NCBI GenBank assembly: GCA_025594325.1
Contig: JANHCV010000002.1
Location: forward strand, 2,666,001-2,730,000
DNA length: 64,000 nt
DNA from: Blastocladiella emersonii ATCC 22665
Lineage: Eukaryota; Fungi; Blastocladiomycota
Reading direction: 5' to 3'
Under the pieces are notes generated by a model. The model did no database searches and was not told the origin of the DNA. It worked only from the letters and a program-made list of their open reading frames with translations. Numbering within the stretch: position 1 is the stretch's first letter; every line of letters starts with the position of its first letter. Below are positions 1-8,655 of this stretch, piece by piece. The position numbers were made by a program, and so were the translations under genes.

Positions 1-169
1 GCGCGGCCGTCGATGACTGACTCGCTCTTCCGCGCTGTGCCGCCATCGAGTGGGTCATCGGCGCCGGGGCCGTGGTTGCGGGGTACAAGAACCCGGCGCG
101 CCCCCGCCGTCCCTGGCCTGACTCGGCACACAATCCCATGTACTGCATGGACCATAGCGCATCATCATC

Positions 170-2183
170 ATGGCGCCCATGAAACCGTCCGCGTACCCGT
201 GGCTCGCGCTGCGCCAAGCCGCGCGCCGCCGCGACCTCGCTCTCGCGCAGGCCAGCAGCTCGCCCATGATCATCACCAAGAAGCCGGCGCCGGCGCCGCG
301 GCACCTCGCGCACCCGCAGTCGCTGCACCGCGTGCGTTCGTTGCCGCACCTGCGGTCCACGCTGCGCGCGTACTCGACCACAGCGGCGCGTCGGCGCGAC
401 GGGTCGACGCTCTCGTCGTCAGTGCCGTCGCCGCACGCGTGGCTGTCGCAGCCGCGGTTCGTGCCGTGGCGGCCGGTGACGTCGGCGCTGCACCTGCGGC
501 ACGCGCGGCACGAGCGCGCGGCGCTGGCGTCGGTGCTGAGCCTGCACTTTCGTCAGCCGGGGATCGTGTGCGCCGGGAAACCCATCGACCTCGAGATCGT
601 GCGTGCGCTGCGGCAGCTCGGGTTCCCGCACGCGCACGCCGTCGTGTGGGAGTACAACCTCGACACGGTCAGCGCCGTGGTCGCGTTCCTGTCGGACCGG
701 TCGTCGGCGCGCGCCGCCTACAACCTGCTGTCGCTCGGGTTGGTCGTCGCCGGGCTCGCCATCTCGTGGTACTACAGCGACCTCGCGCGCCGCCGCGACG
801 AGGCCCGTCTGCAAGAGGAGCAGGAGCAGGAGGAGGCGCGTCGCACCGAAGAGGCACGCCGGCAGAGCTGGGAGGCCCTGTTCGATGTCGCCGTGACGCA
901 GCCCGGCGCCAAGCCGTTCGCGATGCCCGCGGTCCGGTGCGACGACGCGCGCTCGCTCCGTGACGAGGTGGCCAAGATCATGGCTGTCGGCCACGAATCC
1001 GGGCTCACGTCGCCTTTCATCAACGTCATTGGTACGCTCTCCGTTATCAACTCTTTCAGCTGACGAGTAACTCACCTCTCCGACCCACTTGGTAGTTGGC
1101 CCGGCGGGTGCGGGCAAGTCGGTGATCCTGCAGGACCTGTACAACGAGCACCTGGCGCGGGTGCAGGCCGACCACGACGACGGGTTCGGCGACGGCAAGC
1201 GGTCCGTGTACTACGTGGACTTCAAGGACGCGTTCCGGACCAACTCCATGGACCGCGAGCACATCTCGGAGCGCTTCTTCGACTTTCTCGACTCGATCCA
1301 GGTGCGCGCCGCCGCGGCCGGCGAGCGCAACACGCTGTTCATCGACGGCGCCGACCTGCTGCCGCACGTGTTTGACGCCGAGCACCTCGCGCCGGTGCTG
1401 CGGCACATCCACGAGACGTCGAAATACGCGACCGTGTTCGTCGTGTACTCGTCGCACGCGGCGTACGCGCGCATGGTCGAGTCGCAGCCCGGGATCGAGT
1501 CGCAGCACCGCGTCCTGACCGTCGGCTACGTCCAGGACCGCGCCGCCCTCGCCCGGTACGTGGCCGCGCTGCGCGAGGCGAGCGGGTCCGATCAAGGCGC
1601 GTGGGACGTGCCTGACGCGGCCGTCGTGGACCTTCTCGGCGGCCAGTTCGACGACTACACGCGCGTCGTGAACACGCTGCGCGCCGCGGCGCCCGGCACG
1701 GGCGGGTCCACGACGCTGCGCGACACGCTGGCCGAGCTGGTCGCCGAGTCGCAGCTGCGCGCCGACACCGCGCTGGGCGTGTACGACGACCCGTCCTCCC
1801 CCGTCCCGGCGCTTGCCGGGTACTACCTCGCCGTGGCTGAGTCGCTCATCGCGCGCGACGCGCCGGGCGCGCACTTGCCGTCGCCCGCGGCGGTCCCGCT
1901 CCGCATCGCCCGCGCGCTGCTCGACCAGAACCTGTTTGCGCGCGGCGACCACGGCCCGCACTCGCTCGCCTTTGCGTACCCGCGCGACCGCGCCGTTGTC
2001 GAGTGGATGCTCCACTGCGACGAGTACCGCGCGCCGCTCGCACGCGTCCGCGCGGCAGCGGGCGGGCGTGTGCCCATGGCGGTGCATAGCGCCGCCGACG
2101 AGATCCTGCCTGCTGCCGCCGAGCGGGACGAGGCGGAGGGCGGGCCGGCGCGGCGGCGGGGATGGGCCCGCTGGTGGCGGTGA
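170..2183 (+). CDS. Single-pass membrane P-loop ATPase (AAA/ATPase_2-like), 2 exons
   Basis: ORFs 170..1063 and 1089..2183 join in frame via a GT-AG intron at 1032..1095, giving INVI-V-GPAGAGKS (Walker A). Walker B-like TLFIDGAD follows. Upstream are a TM segment LLSLGLVVAGLAISWYY, a charged coiled coil and an Arg-rich N-terminus resembling a mitochondrial presequence. Confidence 0.75.
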
Positions 2184-2793
2184 GCAAGAGGGGGCGGGGC
2201 GGGGCGCCGCCGCGAGGACCAGCGCTTCTGGGCTCGCGGCGCGCCTCCCCTTGCGGAGTGTACAAGTGGAAACCGGGCGCGGGCGTTGACCGCCCCGCTA
2301 TAGAGTGGCACATGTAAAGGGAACAATACAAACACGTCCAAACTACCTCTCGCTCTTGGGTGGCGCTCGCTGCGAGACATGAGACACTTCCGCGGTCACG
2401 TTTCGTGACCACCGCGCGTTGGCAGAACGTGCCGGAGCGACCGCCGCTGGCTCACTCTGACGTGGCCGCGGTGCACGCTCCGCCGACGCCGACGCACACG
2501 GTGCAACGCGTTGGTCGGGAGCTTGAGGAAGCGAGCCGAACGCCGCCGAGGCGCGCGGAAGTGACCAGCGCGTTCGCCGCGTGGGGCAAGCCACCAACGC
2601 GACCGACGCGCGTTGGGCCGGCCGCGCTGGATCCTTCCTCGGAGCGACACCGACACCGCGGCGCCGCTGCGCTGCCCAACGCGCGCGCGAAGGAAGCTTG
2701 TCGAGCGGTTCGCTGGCGTTCTGCCGGCGTCGCGCGGCCGACGTGGCGGCGTCGCTGTGCGGGCGGGCCGCCCGCGATGGGCCCGGCCGCAGG

Positions 2794-2799
2794 TATAAA
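2794..2799 (+). promoter_or_regulatory. TATA box of the Hsp20 gene
   Basis: TATAAA in a very GC-rich context, about 100 nt upstream of ATG 2901 and followed by an A/C-rich leader. Confidence 0.6.
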
Positions 2800-2900
2800 G
2801 AGGTCGCGATGCCCCGGCCACCCTCCATCGCTTGGTCTCAAGCACACACGCTTACCTGCTACGCAACCAACACCACGCAACCAAACCAACCACTACCACC

Positions 2901-3506
2901 ATGTCGATGATTCGCCCCACTGGCTACTCGGGCCTCGAGCCGTTCGGCCTCGAGCGCAACTTCCGCAGTACGCGTCCTGCCGCTGCCCTCGACCCGTACG
3001 GCTACGGCGGCCACTCACGCTTCCACCACCATCCCCACCACCACTATCACCACCACCCTGCAGACATGATGGGCCAGCTCATGCAGGACTTTTTCGAGCC
3101 GGGCACGCGCGGCGGCATGGGGATGGGCTCCTCGGCGCTCGACTTCCCGTCGGTGCGCGCGGGCGGCGCGGGCGCGCTGTACGCGCCGCGGCTCGACATG
3201 CGCGAGACGGACAAGGCGTTCGAGGTGAAGGCAGACCTGCCGGGGATCCCGCGCGAGAACGTCAAGATCGAGGTGCGCGACGGCAACACGCTGGTGCTGT
3301 CGGGCGAGACCAAGATGGACGCGGAGCGGCGCGAGGGGACGTGGCACGTGCAGGAGCGGTCCATGGGCAAGTTCATGCGCGCCATCCCGCTGCCGCCCAC
3401 GGCTAACCTCGAGTCGGTCAAGGCCAAGTTCGACGCGGGCGTCCTGTGCATCGAGATCCCCAAGAAGGAGGAGGCGGCCACGTCGCGCAAGATCGAGATC
3501 CAGTAG
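2901..3506 (+). CDS. HSP20: Small heat shock protein (Hsp20/alpha-crystallin domain)
   Basis: Motifs PRLDMRETDKAFEVKADLPGIPRENVKIEV, ERSMGKFMRAIPLP and AKFDAGVLCIEIPK. ATG in CCACCATG context; no introns. Confidence 0.95.
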   Translation: MSMIRPTGYSGLEPFGLERNFRSTRPAAALDPYGYGGHSRFHHHPHHHYHHHPADMMGQLMQDFFEPGTRGGMGMGSSALDFPSVRAGGAGALYAPRLDMRETDKAFEVKADLPGIPRENVKIEVRDGNTLVLSGETKMDAERREGTWHVQERSMGKFMRAIPLPPTANLESVKAKFDAGVLCIEIPKKEEAATSRKIEIQ

Positions 3507-3855
3507 GCGTTTTGTGTGGGTCGGGGCCGTGGTGGGCCCGAGAGTTGAGGATGTGGTTGTCTCAGAGTCGTCGTGCATGGTCGTGAAGTGTGAATGTAAA
3601 GAGCTCGTTTTCCTCCCCCGTCGTCTCTCTATGTCTCGCGAACTGAGCGTGCTGTCGGTTTGCCGACTGACCTCGCCTGAAGAGTCGGCGACGCGTCGAC
3701 GCCCATGCTACCGGTTGAGAGCTCTCACCTGAGAAGCCAGCGCGTCGGCGCTCTTGCTGCTCATCCCCACCGCTGCCCTCCTCACGCGACTCCATGGTGC
3801 GAACAAGAGTGGTTTACTGAAAGGGAACCGAGGCACAAACACGCCGGACCGCGGC

Positions 3856-4449
3856 TCAAGCGACAATCTGCTGCATCTGCTGGAGCAGGCCCTGCGCCGA
3901 CTCGGCCTCGATCTCGTCAATCTTCTTGATGATGTTGGCCGTCACCTTGCTGCTCGTCTCGACTTGCTCACCTGTTGTGCACGCGGTGAGTGACGTACTC
4001 TCGGCACGAGTCAGAGCGCGACAGTAGCGTACCCGAGATGATGAGCTCGTCGAGAATCTGGTAGGCGGTCTGGAAGTGGAAGATGATGTCGAGCTCGCAC
4101 ACGTTGCCAAAGTAGGCGTCGAGCGACTGCACGTAGCGGTGGATCAGCTCGAGCACGAGCAGCTCGTTCTCGTCGAGGTCGACGCAGAAGCAAAAGTAGA
4201 GGCTCGCGTAGCTACACGCTTCTCGCGTCAGTCTCCATCGGCCCCGACGCTCTTTCGCCGAACGCACCGCTTGTAGATGAGCTTGCGGTCCTTGTACTCG
4301 ACGACGTTGCACATGCCCGACTTGCGCGCGAGGACGGCCGCCATGGCCTCGGCCGTGAACTTGTTCTTCTCGTTGGTGCCGAGCACCTGGAACCACTTCT
4401 TGAGCCGGATCTTGCCGTGCCGCGAGAAGAGCAGGAACGAGCGGATCAT
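3856..4449 (-). CDS. APS1: AP-1 adaptor complex sigma subunit, 3 exons
   Basis: Splicing of minus-strand introns 4267..4212 and 4032..3972 gives [20 protein letters not shown]...LIYKRYASLYF...[26 protein letters not shown]...[15 protein letters not shown]. This is the clathrin adaptor small-chain signature, closest to sigma-1. Confidence 0.9.
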
Positions 4450-5456
4450 GGTGTCGATTCGTAGAGTTACGTTGCGTCGCGCGATATGCTGCGAGTTCGA
4501 GGGGACGAGCGGGCGAGAGACGAGACGAGAGCGTGAGACGCGTCGCGCGCGCGGCGAACCGACGCGTGGGATGGGTGCGCACGTGAGCGGCGGCTCGCGT
4601 GATCCTGAGCGGGCTGCGCCACCGCGCCGCCGCCACACGCCGCCGCGGGAGGCCATGGCCAAGCTTCACGAGGGCGCCGCCGCGGCTGCAACGTCACTAC
4701 CGCGCCGCGAACCAAACCCGGCGATCCGGTGCCTGAAACGCGCGAGGGGAAGCGGTGCCTCTGCATCGCCGAGCCGAGCCGCGCGTGGCCATTGGCCGCG
4801 GCACGTTCATTACGGCGCCCCTCACGTCGCGGTCGCCGGCCGGGCCGGCCGCGGACAACGTGTTGGCTTCGGGAGCCGTGACGGAGCCGTCCCTTTTTTT
4901 CCTTCCAGTCCCGCCACAGCGGCGTCGCTTCCGTCTTCCGGAGGCGAGTTTACCCCGGTCCCTTGCCACGGTTGGCGGTGGCCGCCGCCCGCGCCGCTGA
5001 CGCCCACACGCCGCCCGCCCGCCTGTGCCTTGAACAACGACTGTGGCCCCGCTGTCTGCATGGCCCCTTTGCGGCGATCCCGTGCTGCCGGCGTGGCAGC
5101 GGGGCCACTCGCACGCGGCCGTCCCCTTGGCAGTGTTGCGGCAAGAGCCGACTTGCTGTGCTGTGCTGTGCCACTTGAGCCCGTTCTCTCGCTGCAATCC
5201 GCTCTCCCATCAACCCCCACCACCGCGGCCACCTCCCCTAGGATGTCATCGACGTTCCTCGGGTACGCATCGCGCGCCCGCCCGCGCTCCTCATAACCAT
5301 GGCCGCTGTGGCGTCGGATGGACCGTTGATCCGCCGTCCACGCCGACTCCTCGCGCCCGCGCCTCCGCCACCCCCAGTCGCAAGCCCGAGCGTCTCAGAT
5401 CGCGTCGCTCACACCACGCCTGAACATGTAGCGCGGCACTCACGGCGTCGTTCCCA

Positions 5457-7223
5457 GTGATGCCAGCGCGGTCGCTCGGCGATCTGCTGTTCGACCCCTT
5501 CATGGAGATCGCGACGCTGTTCCTGCTCTCCCCCATCTGGCGGTCGCTGCAGACGCGGCACGACCGGGTCGCCTTCGTCGCGCTGGCCGTGAACCGCGGC
5601 GTGACGGTGCTCGACACGCTCATGGTGCTGCTCATCGACAACTACGCGTCGAACGGGCTCATCTACTTCAGCCTGGTACGGTCGCTGGTGCGACACGCGG
5701 CCTACTTTGCCGCGCTCGCGTACATCACGTACCGGCGGCTGGACCAGATCACGTCCCTGGTGCTGCGCGAGAACGCGGCGAGGGCGGGCTTCTTCTTCCT
5801 CGGGATCACCGTCGTGTCCATGGTCCTCGGCCAGGCGGTGCTCGTCGCGTACTTTGCCGCGGGGATCATCTTCAAGTCGACGGGCGACGCGTACCTCGCC
5901 GCGCACCCAAGGGCGACCGTCGGCGAGCTCAACCGCGCGACGCTCGCGGCGACGCCCGTGGTGCCCGCCAAACTGTGGCAGCTCGTGGCCGCCGTCGTCC
6001 TGCCGCTGATCCACGCGCTGCACCTCGCGTGCGACGCCTTCATCTACCGCGTCGCCGCGGGCCTGTGGTCTACGACCTTCCTCAACGTGCGCAAGCTGAC
6101 AACCGCGCGGTGGATCGAGCTCGCGTGGCCGAGCGTCGTGTCGCTCGTCCTGCACGGCAACTTTGTGATCCTGACCATCGCCGGGCGCACGGTCCTCGAC
6201 CGGTACTCGCTGGGCTTCGTCGTCGAGCTCGGCCAGGCCGCCACCGTGTTCGACTGGTTCGTCTTCTTCACCGTGACCGCGCCGCTCATGCAGGACGTGG
6301 TCGTCGAGGCCGTCCCGGTCCCCGCCCCCTCCTCGGCGGCCGCGGGCGGCGACCTCAAGATCCCCGCGATCTCGCTCGTCACGTCGCCCACGACCGCCAA
6401 CATCCCGCCGTCGCCCGGCACGCAGCAGCCCAAGGTCGAATACCGCGCGCGGTACACCAAACACTTTGCGCCGCCGATCCCGACGTACCAGCGCCAGTAC
6501 TCGACGCCCACCACGGCGACCGTCGAGATCGCCGCGCCCGACACGAGTCTGAGCCAACGCCGCGGCCTCGCGCCGCTGCACCTCAACAACCCCGACCACC
6601 GTCCGCTGACCATGTCGTCGGTGCTGCCGAGCACCCCGTCGACGGCGTACACGGCGTTCCAGCGGTCCGAGCTCGTGCCCGCGCACGAGTCGAGTCCTGG
6701 CCTCTCGTCGCCGATCCGCGACGAGTGGGGGTACTACCACGCGCCGGCGCCGCTGTCAACGCAGCAGCAGCCGCCAAGACACCTCCCCGTGGCGCCCGCG
6801 CGGTCGCCGGTCCCGTCGCCGTCGAGGGAACGGGAACGGTGGAGCCCGCCGCGGTCGCCGTCGCACGAGCGGTCGCCAGTCCCGTCGCCGTCGCACGAGC
6901 GATGGACGCCAGCTGCCGCGCCACGGTCGCCCGCAGCCAGCCACTCGTCGTCGTTCCGGCACGGCGACTCGCAAGCGCCGTCGGTCGCGACGTCGCTGTC
7001 GGTCCCACACCGGTCGGCGTCCGCGCACCAGCACCACCAGCATGTGCCGCCGCGGCTGAGCCCCGTGGCATCGACGCCGAGCGGGTCGTGGACGCCCGAA
7101 GGCGGGCGGAGCCCCGTGGTCGAGGCGAACCCAAACAGCGTGGTGAGGCGGTGGGAGCGGCTGCAGGAGGACCGCGCGTTCGAGGTGGCCATGGCGCGGC
7201 GCGGACAGGGCCGCCTTGAGTAG
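5457..7223 (+). CDS. Orphan multi-pass (about 7 TM) membrane protein with Ser/Pro-rich C-tail; 5' exons uncertain (possible ATG 5243)
   Basis: The 588-aa ORF has genome-typical codon bias. About seven hydrophobic segments lie in the first 290 aa, followed by a low-complexity S/P-rich tail. A splice acceptor TTCCCAG ends at 5457. Confidence 0.7.
   Translation: MMPARSLGDLLFDPFMEIATLFLLSPIWRSLQTRHDRVAFVALAVNRGVTVLDTLMVLLIDNYASNGLIYFSLVRSLVRHAAYFAALAYITYRRLDQITSLVLRENAARAGFFFLGITVVSMVLGQAVLVAYFAAGIIFKSTGDAYLAAHPRATVGELNRATLAATPVVPAKLWQLVAAVVLPLIHALHLACDAFIYRVAAGLWSTTFLNVRKLTTARWIELAWPSVVSLVLHGNFVILTIAGRTVLDRYSLGFVVELGQAATVFDWFVFFTVTAPLMQDVVVEAVPVPAPSSAAAGGDLKIPAISLVTSPTTANIPPSPGTQQPKVEYRARYTKHFAPPIPTYQRQYSTPTTATVEIAAPDTSLSQRRGLAPLHLNNPDHRPLTMSSVLPSTPSTAYTAFQRSELVPAHESSPGLSSPIRDEWGYYHAPAPLSTQQQPPRHLPVAPARSPVPSPSRERERWSPPRSPSHERSPVPSPSHERWTPAAAPRSPAASHSSSFRHGDSQAPSVATSLSVPHRSASAHQHHQHVPPRLSPVASTPSGSWTPEGGRSPVVEANPNSVVRRWERLQEDRAFEVAMARRGQGRLE
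6801..6905 (+). repeat. Degenerate intragenic repeats encoding RSPVPSPS(R/H)ER
   Basis: CGGTCGCC(G/A)GTCCCGTCGCCGTCG occurs at 6801 and 6870, with a partial RSPSHE copy between them. Confidence 0.75.
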
Positions 7224-7310
7224 ATGCCTAACAACCTAGACCTAGATGATAATAAAAACCTGCGTGTTTATACCATCCCACCGCCTCGACCACGATCGCG
7301 CACAAGCACG

Positions 7311-8456
7311 TTAGAAGTGCTTGTAGTCGCGCTTACCGCCGCCCCTCGACGGTCCGTTGACGGCCTGGAGGGCAAAGTAGGCGACGCCGGCGATGGCGAG
7401 GAGGAAGAAGAAGATGAGGAGGTACGGCGGGCCGGACGCGTCGGGGACCATGAAGGACGAGTTCCAGTGGTTGCGCTGGTCCGGGTTGACGTGCGAGTTG
7501 TCGTCCTTGACGATCTGGTTGGTCGAGACCGAGATGATGTCGTGGTTGTCGGACAGCCCGCCCGTCTCGCCGTAGAAGCTGTAGTACCCGGGGTTCGGCA
7601 GCGTGACGTTGTCCACGGAAATGCACGTCGTCCAGTCGTCCCACCCGCGCGTGTTGAGCTCGACGCGGAGGTACTTGCCCTTGATGTACCGAACGCGGGC
7701 GCGCGTCGCGTAGTCCTTGTTGCGGATATCGGCCTCGCACCCGCCGAGCTCGATCTCCTTGCCGTCCGTGTCCTTGTTGTAGGTCTGGGTGCCGTCGTTG
7801 TGCAGCGCGGCCACGTACGGGTACGTGTACCCGTGGCGCCCGTTGTCGTACGTGTCGAAGACGAGCGCCAGCCCGTGCCACTTCTCGGGCCCGCCCAGCA
7901 CCGCGCCCGTCTTGTCCGTCATCTCGCGCGTGAAGTAGAAGGCGAACCCGTCGCCCGCCATCGAGCTCGACTTGCCGTGGATCTTGTACTCGAACTCGAC
8001 CGACCACGCGTCCGCGATGAACGGCTACGTGTAGCGGGTGTGGGTGAGCTGGAGCCGCGGGGGAGGCGCGCACACGCGGGCAGCGTACCAGCTTGGCGCG
8101 CAGCCAGCCCCTCCGGCCCTGCAGATCGGGCGTGAGGCGAATGTACCGGTTCGTGTTGACGACGGTCGCGCCGCCAAAGTCCCACCACCGGTTGGACATC
8201 TCGTAGTCTGTTCCCTCAAACCGCGCGTCAGTCCAGCCCTCCTCGAGCCACTCGCCCCATCTCTCAGCGTACCAATGTACGGCGGGTACAGCGACTGGGT
8301 GCGGACAAACAGCGTGGTGCCCTCGCCGTCGTCGGACGCGTGCGCGGGGCCCGCGGCGGCCGCGACGAGCAGCAGCACAATCACGGCGGCGAACATGGCG
8401 GCCACGGCGGAAGCGGTCCGCGGCCGCGTGGCACGCGGCGTAGGAGAAGAATGCAT
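7311..8456 (-). CDS. L-type (legume-like) lectin cargo receptor, VIP36/EMP47/ERGIC-53 family, 3 exons
   Basis: Signal peptide (MFAAVIVLLLVAAAAG) and motifs WDFGGATVVNTNRYIRLTPDLQGRRGWL, GDGFAFYF, GLALVFDTYDN and FYGETGGLSDNHDIIS. C-terminal TM with a short basic tail. Start could be 8456 or 8396. Confidence 0.9.
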
Positions 8457-8655
8457 GATGTCGATGCGTTGCAGAAGGCAACGAGGCCAGAGAAGAGAGC
8501 GGCGATCGCTCGCCCACACGCGTGCCGCGCGCCTCCGACGCCGCCGGCGCCCGTGGCGCCGCTCTCGACCCAGCGCACGTGCGCATATCCCTCCCGTATT
8601 CGCGGCATCGGCATATGAAGCGATAAAGTGATAAATAACCCACCACCCTGACAAG

